The notes under the pieces: model-generated
Database searches by the model: none
Told to the model about the DNA's origin: nothing
Seen by the model: the letters and a program-made list of their open reading frames with translations, nothing else
Shown: piece by piece, positions 1-9,276 of the stretch
Layout of the letters: each line of letters opens with the position of its first letter
Position numbering within the stretch: position 1 is the first letter of the stretch
Program-made: the position numbers and the translations under genes
Assembly (NCBI GenBank): GCA_026709065.1
Contig: JAPOTS010000043.1
Location: 379-64,378 of the forward strand
Origin: Bacteroidota bacterium
GTDB taxonomy: Bacteria; Bacteroidota; Rhodothermia; Rhodothermales; Bin80
Direction: 5' to 3'
DNA length: 64,000 nt

Positions 1-2643
1 ATGAGTAATTCGTTACCTCTTTTCAAAATTTTGATATCGTTCTTAGCAGTCTCTCTGGTCATCGTATCGCAGGTGATGGCTCAAGGTACAGCGACCTATG
101 ATCTTACCTTTACCGCAACTTGGAGCGCTGAAACTCACCCGGATGGATTTCCATCAAATCCCCATTTCTCTGGTATGATCGGAGGTACACATAATGATCA
201 AGTGAAGTTTTGGGCCACTGGCGAAATCGCTAGTGATGGAATTAAATTAATGTCCGAACTCGGAGGTAAATCTACGCTACGAAGTGAGGTCATGAGCGCG
301 ATAGATGCCTCAAATGCCGATCAGATAATTGATGGACGTGGCATCGGATCCTCTCCAGCAAGCGCAAAGACAGAATTCACAATTCGTCCTCCATGGAATC
401 TCGTAACGGTAACATCCATGCTAGCTCCCAGCCCAGACTGGTTTGTGGGAGTCCGTGATTTAAGTTTACTTGACGATGACAACAACTGGATTGACTCTCT
501 TGAAGTAGAGTTATTCGTATATGATGCTGGCACCGATAGCGGTACTGATTATACTTCTGCTAATGATCCAACCATTCCTCGTGAAAATATTCAACGGATT
601 GAAGAAGCGCCATTTGTAGTCAATGGGAAACTGAAACCCGTCGGAACCTTTCGTTTTGAATTAAAATCGGTAGACCTTCCAAAGGATAAGTTTTACGCTG
701 TCAAAGAAACCCAAATTGTTGACCCAAATGGGACTCCAGTGGTGCTCAAAGGGATCGGACTCGGAGGATGGCTACTGCCAGAAGGATACATGCTACATAT
801 TTCAGTCAGAGATGGAACCGATGGGCCCACGGGGATACGTAATCAAATGATAGACCTGATTGGTGAAACCAATACAGATCAATTCTTTAAAGTGTTCAGG
901 GAAAAGTTTGTGCAGGAAAAAGATATTGTCGCAATCAAGGAATGGGGATTTGATCATATCCGCCTTCCCTTTCATTATCAACTATTCTATAACTCAGAAA
1001 CCGACTCTTGGGAAGAAGATGGGTTTGAGCTACTTGATACATTTTTAGAATGGTGCAGAAAGCATGAGTTGACTGTCCTATTAGACATGCACGCTGCCCC
1101 AGGAGCACAAAGCGAAGGAGGAATAGCCGATAGTGATGGGGAGGCACGACTTTGGACTGAACCCGAAAAATACTGGCCCCAGACGATTAAGATTTGGCGC
1201 GAAATCGCTCGACGTTACAACGATGATCCGATCATTCTTGGATATGATCTCATCAATGAACCTGTCGTGCCCGATGAAATAGTAGCTTCAGATTTAGCAA
1301 AACTGTATGGTCAAATTATCAATGCAGTCCAACCGATCTCTCCCCGCCATATGTTCTTTCTTGAAGGCAATTATTTTGCGACATCATTTGATGAACACCT
1401 GCGCGAAATCCCTGAAAATAAAAGCAATATTGTTTACACCTTCCATCATTACTGGAAAGGAGCTGATCAGGGAGCAATCAACTATTTACTCAGCCTCAGG
1501 ACTGAGGATAACGTTCCTCTCTATTTAGGAGAAACTGGGGAAAACTCTAATTCATGGTTTTATGCACTCACTAAATTGACCGAAGAGCATAACATTGGAA
1601 TTAACTGGTGGACACACAAGAAAATTGAGACGACCACCAGTCCACTCAGCTCACCATTTGCACCCGGTTATCAGGAGGTGATCGACTATTGGCGTGGTGT
1701 TGGACAGAAGCCTTCAGCTTCCGATGCGACAAATGCATTACTGGCTATGGCTAATAATTTAGAGTTGGATTCTGCTCGCGTCAATCATGGGCTTCTTGCC
1801 TCGATTTTTGATCCAGAGTTTGGAACGAAGCAAAAACCATTCAAGCGACACACAATTCCCGGGGCTATAAATGCAGCAGACTATGATCTGGGTAATCAAA
1901 ACTTAGCCTATAGTGATACAGACCATTGGGCTGTGAATAATGATCCAGGGGGTGGTAACAGTGGCAGGTCTTATCGCAATGATGGAGTTGACATTGAACC
2001 CTCGACTGATCCCAAAGGCTTTGAATATAATGTCGCATGGACTCAGCGGTTTGAGTGGATTGAATATACGGTTGATATTCTAGAAGATGGACAGTATACC
2101 ATTGAGGTAAGAGGTGCAAGTAATACTGGGGGACGGCGTAGTGGATCAGATGTAAGATTCAGGATGGGTGAACAAAATATAGGGGAAGTTGAAATCGGTA
2201 ATACAGGTGGTTGGCAGGAGTGGGTCACCCGTCAGGTTCAGACTCCTGAATTAACCGCTGGCACTAATCAAATCCTACGTATCACATTTAGTGATATGGA
2301 TGTCAACATCAACCGAATGACATTCAAAAAAGCTTCATCAGTGAATGTAGACAATGACCAAGCCATCGTTGAATCTGCACTCCTGTCTACCTACCCTAAC
2401 CCGTTTGTTGAGACTGTGAACATTTCATTTTCTGCCATAGAGGCTGTCTCAGTATCGGTGATGCTATATGATGTGTTAGGGCGCCAAGTATATGAGATGC
2501 CAGATGCTTCTTACAGTGGGGGTATTCATGAGATCGCATTGACACCAGATCTCGCTCCTGGTGTGTATGTATTGCGACTTCAGTTGGAAGGATCACAGCA
2601 ACCCCAAACCTTTACCCGCTCTCTTGTGATCGCTGGTCATTAA
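1..2643 (+). CDS. Secreted Spondin_N - GH5 glycoside hydrolase - CBM6-like - T9SS C-terminal domain fusion
   Basis: Signal peptide; Spondin_N motifs (PHFSG, SMLAPSPDWFVG, YDAGTDSG); GH5 motifs (IRLPF, LDMHAAPG, INEP acid/base, LGETG nucleophile); CBM6-like region (YRNDGVDI, TGGWQEW); T9SS-A CTD (YPNPF...LYDVLGR...LAPGVY). Confidence 0.85.
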   Translation: MSNSLPLFKILISFLAVSLVIVSQVMAQGTATYDLTFTATWSAETHPDGFPSNPHFSGMIGGTHNDQVKFWATGEIASDGIKLMSELGGKSTLRSEVMSAIDASNADQIIDGRGIGSSPASAKTEFTIRPPWNLVTVTSMLAPSPDWFVGVRDLSLLDDDNNWIDSLEVELFVYDAGTDSGTDYTSANDPTIPRENIQRIEEAPFVVNGKLKPVGTFRFELKSVDLPKDKFYAVKETQIVDPNGTPVVLKGIGLGGWLLPEGYMLHISVRDGTDGPTGIRNQMIDLIGETNTDQFFKVFREKFVQEKDIVAIKEWGFDHIRLPFHYQLFYNSETDSWEEDGFELLDTFLEWCRKHELTVLLDMHAAPGAQSEGGIADSDGEARLWTEPEKYWPQTIKIWREIARRYNDDPIILGYDLINEPVVPDEIVASDLAKLYGQIINAVQPISPRHMFFLEGNYFATSFDEHLREIPENKSNIVYTFHHYWKGADQGAINYLLSLRTEDNVPLYLGETGENSNSWFYALTKLTEEHNIGINWWTHKKIETTTSPLSSPFAPGYQEVIDYWRGVGQKPSASDATNALLAMANNLELDSARVNHGLLASIFDPEFGTKQKPFKRHTIPGAINAADYDLGNQNLAYSDTDHWAVNNDPGGGNSGRSYRNDGVDIEPSTDPKGFEYNVAWTQRFEWIEYTVDILEDGQYTIEVRGASNTGGRRSGSDVRFRMGEQNIGEVEIGNTGGWQEWVTRQVQTPELTAGTNQILRITFSDMDVNINRMTFKKASSVNVDNDQAIVESALLSTYPNPFVETVNISFSAIEAVSVSVMLYDVLGRQVYEMPDASYSGGIHEIALTPDLAPGVYVLRLQLEGSQQPQTFTRSLVIAGH

Positions 2644-2888
2644 CTTGAAGTGATTCCTTGAGATCATTGGACTGATACGCGTTCAAGTCTGCGACAAGAT
2701 CGTAGCTATTTTCTTTCAACTAGTGTAGAAAATTTCGTTTCTCAGATAGCTTATGATTCTAACATTTTTCATAGCAGTTAAATAGAATCCATAGCCTTTG
2801 CCTGGTGTCAGAATTTTCTTATCATTGAATTGGTTGGTTGACTTGAGAGTTCAAACGAAGTGTGATATTATGTTTGCGCTTGTGTAAG

Positions 2889-4502
2889 ATGAATGACCTA
2901 AGTGAACTGTTAGCCTCTTCTCCTCAGTACGAGTTGCTTAAACAAGTAGCATCTGAAGCTCAAAAACAGGGTATTGAAACGTATGCCGTTGGAGGATTTG
3001 TTCGGGATACGATTTTGAATCGTTCAACTTCAGAGATAGATTTTCTGACAATTGGTTCAGGTTCTGGGATCCGGCTTGCTGAAGCCGTTGGGGATCGATT
3101 GGGAGGTTCAATTGCACATATCTACCCCAACTTTGGGACGGCGGCTGTGAGATTAGAAGAAGGTGTGATAGAGTTTGTAGCAGCAAGGAAAGAGAGCTAC
3201 AGAAGAAATTCACGTAAGCCTGTCATAGAAGATGGGACACTTAATGAGGATCTACTTCGCAGAGATTTCACCGTCAATGCACTTGCTGTGAGTTTATTTG
3301 GCAAACAACCCTTTGGAGAGTTATTGGATCCGATGGGGGGACTAAAGGATCTTGATGCTGGTAAGCTACGAACCCCAAGGCCACCAAGAGAGACATTTGC
3401 CGATGATCCATTAAGAATGATTCGCGGCGCACGCTTTGCCACTGAGTTGGAATTTGAAATAGATTCCGATGCCTACCATAGCATGCAACTAGAAGCGCAC
3501 CGTCTCAAGATCGTCAGCCAAGAAAGGATTACCGATGAGCTCCACAAAATTATGGAATGTCAAATGCCTTCAATTGGGCTGAGGATTTTAGAGGAAGCTT
3601 CACTACTAAGAGAATTTTTTCCTGATTTGAGCGCACTTAGAGGGGTAGATACGGTTGCAGGTCAGCGCCATAAAGATAATTTTTATCATACTTTGCAGGT
3701 GTTAGATAATGTGGTAGCCGTTGCAGATTCTGATCAATACTGGTTACGTTGGGCGGCCCTTCTACACGATATTGGAAAGCCTCGCACGAAGCGCTTTGTC
3801 AAAGGGAGTGGCTGGACGTTTCATGGTCATGAGGATATTGGAGCGAGGATGATTCCTAAAATATTTAAAAAATTGCGATTACCGACGGATCATCGTATGA
3901 CCTATGTTCGAAAACTCATTGCCTTACATCATCGTCCGGTAGCCCTTGTAGATCACGAAGTCACGGATTCCGCTGTACGCCGATTGCTTTTTGATGCAGG
4001 TGAGGATATTGAAGATTTGATGATGCTGGTTCGGGCAGATATTACTTCCCGCAATCCAAAGCGCGTTCGCCGTTACTTGGCAGCATTTGATTCAGTTGAA
4101 AGAAAATTTGAAGAGGTAGAAGAAAAAGATCACCTTCGAAATTTTCAACCCCCACTTAAAGGGCAAGAGATCATGGAAGTTGTGGGGATTGATGCGGGCA
4201 TCGCCGTTGGAATCATTAAAGATGTCGTCCGAGAAGCGATCTTAGATGGAGAGATTCCTAATGAACATTCGGCAGCGGTATCGCTGATGATGGAGATTAA
4301 AGACGAGGCGTTACATCGTGCCAATCTCTACGAAAAAGTTATTCTATCAATACCTGTCAGTAAGCGTCGTATCGCAAAAATTATGAAGCAGGAAATTCTC
4401 ACCGGCGAAATCCCACATGATGAGCAGGCAGCGATTGACTACCTTGACTCCATGAAAGAACGCTTATTGGTCGGAGACAGTAGGTCGGATGTCCCAGAGT
4501 AA
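2889..4502 (+). CDS. CCA tRNA nucleotidyltransferase / poly(A) polymerase family with HD domain
   Basis: VGGFVRD, RRDFTVNA, DDPLRMIRGARF and LLHDIGK motifs; ATG at 2889 preferred to GTG at 2862. Confidence 0.9.
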   Translation: MNDLSELLASSPQYELLKQVASEAQKQGIETYAVGGFVRDTILNRSTSEIDFLTIGSGSGIRLAEAVGDRLGGSIAHIYPNFGTAAVRLEEGVIEFVAARKESYRRNSRKPVIEDGTLNEDLLRRDFTVNALAVSLFGKQPFGELLDPMGGLKDLDAGKLRTPRPPRETFADDPLRMIRGARFATELEFEIDSDAYHSMQLEAHRLKIVSQERITDELHKIMECQMPSIGLRILEEASLLREFFPDLSALRGVDTVAGQRHKDNFYHTLQVLDNVVAVADSDQYWLRWAALLHDIGKPRTKRFVKGSGWTFHGHEDIGARMIPKIFKKLRLPTDHRMTYVRKLIALHHRPVALVDHEVTDSAVRRLLFDAGEDIEDLMMLVRADITSRNPKRVRRYLAAFDSVERKFEEVEEKDHLRNFQPPLKGQEIMEVVGIDAGIAVGIIKDVVREAILDGEIPNEHSAAVSLMMEIKDEALHRANLYEKVILSIPVSKRRIAKIMKQEILTGEIPHDEQAAIDYLDSMKERLLVGDSRSDVPE

Positions 4503-4862
4503 CATCTGCTCAATTTTAGCATAATCCTCCTCTCCATCGGTGTCAACAAAAGAATAATCTCCCCGGATTGCACGCGCCATTGAACTCAGTCGTTTCCAAA
4601 GAACGCCGTCCTGATCGGTGAATTCATCAGGAAATGGGCTGGGGATTTCATAATTCGGGTGATAATCCTTGTATTTTTTATGTGCCTCATGAATTGCTGC
4701 ACGGCGTGCTCCTGGTTCGGTAGCGCTTGATCCAGAGACCTCAAATGGAGAAACTGTAATCGTTGCCGTCACGGTGCCATCTTCAGCTTCTTCATATTCG
4801 GGCCGCATGACCTCAAAATCCAAAGGTTTTGGGTATGCGCTCCGTTCGTCAAGAATGTTCAT
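4464..4862 (-). CDS. Hypothetical protein, possible dsRBD-like N-terminal fold
   Basis: 132-aa ORF with ATG and protein-like composition; its 3' end overlaps the convergent CCA gene by 39 bp. Confidence 0.65.
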   Translation of the reverse strand: MNILDERSAYPKPLDFEVMRPEYEEAEDGTVTATITVSPFEVSGSSATEPGARRAAIHEAHKKYKDYHPNYEIPSPFPDEFTDQDGVLWKRLSSMARAIRGDYSFVDTDGEEDYAKIEQMLLWDIRPTVSDQ

Positions 4863-5150
4863 AGAGAAATATATTTAACTCTTTTTTACACAATACAATG
4901 GCAAGATGTTCATTATTTATTCACAATACTTTGTGGGAATTGTGTGAGTCAGTGTGCGATTGTGTTGAAAGATCTTGTATTAATGACACTCAACGGATCG
5001 TATCGCGTGATTATTATGTATCAATACATGATTTTTACATGATAAAAATTTATTTCAATATGTGAATATGCGTGAATCAGACATGAAAAAAAATTAAATA
5101 ATGTCAGTTATGTGTCATTTTATCCAAAATTATTGTATATTTAGAACTTG

Positions 5151-5170
5151 ATTGGGGATGTATCCCAAAT
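5151..5170. promoter_or_regulatory. Imperfect palindrome upstream of nrdJ, candidate operator
   Basis: ATTGGGGATGTATCCCAAAT, 16/20 positions dyad-symmetric, about 50 bp before the ATG. Confidence 0.35.
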
Positions 5171-5219
5171 AGGTATTTGTCAACTTAACTTACAAACTAT
5201 ATAAATCTCAACTCTTTCT

Positions 5220-8147
5220 ATGTCATCTTCTAAAACCCCAATAAAAAGCGGCCTTTCCGTAGAACGTATTTTTTCCATTGATGGTGAAAATCCGCTAGAT
5301 TCCGTAACCTGGGAACGCCGGGATGCGGTGATTAAAAATCCTGATGGGGAAGCTGTTTTTGAGCAGAAAGGAGTTGAATTTCCTGAGAGTTGGAGTGCTT
5401 TGGCATGCAATATTGTGACCTCAAAGTATTTCTATGGGGATCTCGCTAATGGCCACTTGGATCCTGACGAAGGTGGGCGTGAGTATTCTTTACGCCAGTT
5501 GATCCATCGTGTGACACGAACAATTTCTGATTGGGGGTATGCACAGGACTATTTTGCGACCCGTGAGGATGCCGACCGCTTTTATGATGAGTTAACTTGG
5601 CTGTGTGTGAACCAGTATGGGGCCTTCAATTCCCCAGTCTGGTTCAATGTTGGCCTTTATGATCGTTATGGAATCACCGACTCTGGCGATCGGAAAATTT
5701 GGGGATGGGATACCGATCATCAGGATATCGTGGATGTTGATCCTTACGAATATCCGCAGGGATCTGCCTGTTTTATCATCTCTGTTGAAGACTCAATTGA
5801 TGATATCTGGAATTTAATGGGTGAGAGTGCTCGACTCTTCAAGTTTGGGTCTGGGGTCGGAGCAGACTGGTCTACGCTACGCTCAAGTCAGGAAAAACTA
5901 TCTGGTGGAGGTTCTCCAAGTGGGCCGGTGAGTTTTATGCGCGTCCAAGATGCGACGGGCGGTACGATCAAGAGTGGTGGGAAAACCCGTCGGGCTGCAA
6001 TTATGCAGACCCTTAAGATTTGGCATCCAGATGTGTTAGAATTTATTGATGCAAAAAAGGACGAAGAAAAAAAGGCTTGGGCATTGATTGAACAGGGATA
6101 TGATGGATCATTTAATGGTCCGGCTTATGGTTCGGTTGCATTTCAGAATGTTAATCAATCTGTGCGGGTCAATGACGAGTTTATGAAGGCGGTGGAAGCT
6201 AGCAAGCCATTTGGACTTCGTTCTGTCACCACAGGTGAGGTGATCAAGCAGATTGATGCGAATATGATTTTAGATCGGATTGCAGATGGAACCTATATCT
6301 GTGGAGACCCAGGTGTTCAGTATGAGGACATCATCCAAAAATGGCATACATGTAGTACAACTGGTCCGATTAACTCAAGCAATCCGTGCTCTGAGTACAT
6401 GTTCCTTGACAATTCCGCGTGTAACTTGGCGAGTTTGAACCTTAGAAAGTTTCAACTCAACGATGGAACGTTTGATGTGGAGCGCTTCAAAGCTGCGGCC
6501 AGAATTTATATCACCGCAATGGAAATCATTGTTGATAACGCAGGTTATCCCAGTGAAAGCATTGCCAGAAACAGTCATCTGTTCCGTCCATTGGGGCTTG
6601 GGTTTGCCAATTTGGGAGCGCTTCTGATGGCAATGGGACTTCCGTATGATAGTGATCAGGGGCGCGCTGTTGCAGGGGCCATCATGGCGATTGAACATGC
6701 AGAGGCATATGCCCGAAGTGCAGAGATTGCGGCGAATCCTAAGATTGGCCCCTTTGCTGGCTATGCAGACAATCAAGAGAGTATGCTCAATGTGATGCGC
6801 TTACATCAGCAGGCGGCGAATGAAATTGACGAAAGCTGCCCTGAGTATTTGCTGACAGCTGCCAAGGACTCTCTTAAGCGAATGGTAGACTTAGGAACAA
6901 AATATGGTTATCGCAACTCGCAGGTAACAGTTTTGGCTCCCACTGGAACGATCGCCTTTATGATGGATTGTGACACCACAGGCATTGAGCCAGATATAGC
7001 CCTCGTCAAATATAAGTTATTGGCAGGAAAGGGAGATGGAATGCTCAAAATCGTCAATCGCACAGTTCCTGAAGCATTGACCCAACTAGGCTATACCCAA
7101 AAGCAGATTGGTCAAATCCTAGAGTATATCAACGAGCATGATACCATTGAAGGTGCGCCAGACTTGAATGAAGAGGATTTAGCCGTCTTTGATTGCGCCT
7201 TTAAACCAATTCAGGGCACGCGCAGTGTTTCCTCTACGGGGCATATTCGTATGATGGCCGCCTGCCAACCATTTGTTTCCGGTGCTATTTCTAAGACGGT
7301 CAATATGCCAGAGGATGTCACCTCTGAGGAAATCAGTCAGGCTTACATTGAGGGGTGGAAATTAGGACTCAAGGCTTTGGCAATTTATCGTGAAAATTCC
7401 AAGCGTAGCCAACCTTTATCTACCTCTAAGGGTGGAAATACCAAAGTTGCTACCTCTGGAGATGCATTGCCCGAGGAGGCAGATCGCATTAAGCCTGAGG
7501 TTGTCTATAGATCAAAGAGGAATCGTCTACCAGATGATCGCATGGCCCGCACGCATAAATTTAGTATTAGTGGACATGAGGGGTATCTTCATGTAGGACT
7601 CTATCCCGACACTAATCTACCTGGTGAAATCTTTATTCGGATGGCGAAGGAGGGATCAACGATTTCTGGGTTAATGGATGCTTTTGCTACGAGTATTTCC
7701 ATTGCGTTGCAGTATGGTGTGCCATTAGAGGATTTGTGTCACAAATTCAGTTACATGCGCTTTGAGCCAAGCGGCTACACAAATCACCCGAAGATCCGGA
7801 ACGCTCATTCCATCATGGATTACATCTTCAGGTACTTATCGCTCCAGTTTTTAGAGAAAGCCGTCATACCAGATGAGGCGGAGAAGGCTGTAGAAGACGC
7901 AAAGCGTGAAGAGTTGCAACGCGAGGATAAGGCGCAGGGCATGCCTGCTCCCGCTTCTGAGCCTCTGACTGTGGATGCGTTAATCACTGAGAGGATTGCA
8001 GATAACAAGGTCAAAACTTTGACGAATGGGAGTACCTATCAGCATCAAGATGATGCTCCAATCTGCTCAACATGCGGCTCCATCACTGTCCGAAGTGGGG
8101 CCTGTTACATCTGCACCCAGTGTGGGAGTTCTACGGGATGTGGTTGA
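5220..8147 (+). CDS. nrdJ: Vitamin B12-dependent (class II) ribonucleotide reductase
   Basis: FNSPVWFNVG, SACFI, SNPCSE, ACNLAS and APTGTI motifs; TSCPD-like domain; C-terminal CxxC...CxxC..GCG zinc ribbon. Confidence 0.95.
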   Translation: MSSSKTPIKSGLSVERIFSIDGENPLDSVTWERRDAVIKNPDGEAVFEQKGVEFPESWSALACNIVTSKYFYGDLANGHLDPDEGGREYSLRQLIHRVTRTISDWGYAQDYFATREDADRFYDELTWLCVNQYGAFNSPVWFNVGLYDRYGITDSGDRKIWGWDTDHQDIVDVDPYEYPQGSACFIISVEDSIDDIWNLMGESARLFKFGSGVGADWSTLRSSQEKLSGGGSPSGPVSFMRVQDATGGTIKSGGKTRRAAIMQTLKIWHPDVLEFIDAKKDEEKKAWALIEQGYDGSFNGPAYGSVAFQNVNQSVRVNDEFMKAVEASKPFGLRSVTTGEVIKQIDANMILDRIADGTYICGDPGVQYEDIIQKWHTCSTTGPINSSNPCSEYMFLDNSACNLASLNLRKFQLNDGTFDVERFKAAARIYITAMEIIVDNAGYPSESIARNSHLFRPLGLGFANLGALLMAMGLPYDSDQGRAVAGAIMAIEHAEAYARSAEIAANPKIGPFAGYADNQESMLNVMRLHQQAANEIDESCPEYLLTAAKDSLKRMVDLGTKYGYRNSQVTVLAPTGTIAFMMDCDTTGIEPDIALVKYKLLAGKGDGMLKIVNRTVPEALTQLGYTQKQIGQILEYINEHDTIEGAPDLNEEDLAVFDCAFKPIQGTRSVSSTGHIRMMAACQPFVSGAISKTVNMPEDVTSEEISQAYIEGWKLGLKALAIYRENSKRSQPLSTSKGGNTKVATSGDALPEEADRIKPEVVYRSKRNRLPDDRMARTHKFSISGHEGYLHVGLYPDTNLPGEIFIRMAKEGSTISGLMDAFATSISIALQYGVPLEDLCHKFSYMRFEPSGYTNHPKIRNAHSIMDYIFRYLSLQFLEKAVIPDEAEKAVEDAKREELQREDKAQGMPAPASEPLTVDALITERIADNKVKTLTNGSTYQHQDDAPICSTCGSITVRSGACYICTQCGSSTGCG

Positions 8148-8775
8148 GGAAGTAGTCAGAGATTCGTGATCGCCGCCTCGGAGTGGAAAACTCACAACGC
8201 AGTTCTTAAAATTGTTCGGTTGGGTTTTGGGACGAGGATACGTTTCTTGGCTGAGAGCTTCTGAGGCCATTTGTACTGATTGGCCAAGCTGTTCTGGAGC
8301 ATTCCAGAGAGTCAATATTTCCTGCATTCCAGAGGCTCTATAAAATCCTTTGTATCTTGGCGATAGAATTGTGAATTCTTCAGAGGAAGTAGTTTTCACC
8401 TGTCGGCAGACTTGGTAACCCAGCGCGTTGAATTGCCTCCACTGGGGTTGATAGACTTACTGCTGTTAATGAGGCAAAGGGCCTACGACTCAAACACTCT
8501 CAGTGCAATAGATCAAGGTATTGAATATGCTGAGACATTTTCCTTAAAGATCGGTGTTGATATACAAAATAGATTGGTCAATATGATCATATTGTTTGCT
8601 AATCTTGATGTGAGTCAAAAAATTATCATCAAGATCAGCAATGATGGGAATAGGAGAGCTTCTGTGCTCGACTGATGTTCTAAACAGGCAATCATCCGAT
8701 CGTTACATTCACGGGGTGGATTGCGTCATCTGTATAATGGGAAATGATTGATTTCAACTATAATATTACATCATC

Positions 8776-9276
8776 ATGTGTAAACACTGGCGTATTAACT
8801 TCTCGTTTATTTTTCTTCTGCTGGTCATTCTGTGCGTGGCTCAACCATCGCAGGGTCAGCCTGGAATAGGGGTCGGATATGTTTACTCAACGCCCCAGTC
8901 TGGAGGACTAAGTCTACGCTACAAATCATTTCAGGTGATTGTTGATGCTAGTTTTACCGCAAGGAGAGCCATAGATGGTTTTGCTCAAACAGAGTTTCAT
9001 GTCCCCAGAGTCGCTCTGCGATATAACTATTCTGTGGGGAATGTTCAAAGAGTCAAATTCTATGTATATAGTCAGATCGGTCGACATAAATCTCCAATAA
9101 TAGTTCTACCAACTAGGTTTCTCTTCACTGGGGGCGGGAGTGCAGAATTTCAAATTGGTAGAGCACCTTCCTCCAAAGGCTTCTTTTTATCGGTAGACGT
9201 CGGGTTAACGATTGATGATAAGGGAAACCTTAATCATAACCCCTCCAGAGGTTTATCGCTCCATTATGTGTTTTAA
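8776..9276 (+). CDS. Putative small outer-membrane beta-barrel protein
   Basis: Signal peptide, amphipathic beta strands, C-terminal aromatic residue (HYVF); abuts the TonB receptor gene. Confidence 0.6.
   Translation: MCKHWRINFSFIFLLLVILCVAQPSQGQPGIGVGYVYSTPQSGGLSLRYKSFQVIVDASFTARRAIDGFAQTEFHVPRVALRYNYSVGNVQRVKFYVYSQIGRHKSPIIVLPTRFLFTGGGSAEFQIGRAPSSKGFFLSVDVGLTIDDKGNLNHNPSRGLSLHYVF

Noticed and set aside
5220-8147. Intein or intron in nrdJ
   Set aside because: The ORF is continuous with normal motif spacing; the extra length is explained by the linker, TSCPD domain and zinc ribbon
8067-8675. ORFs 8067-8399 (-) and 8412-8675 (+)
   Set aside because: Non-ATG starts and no recognisable motifs; cannot be supported as genes
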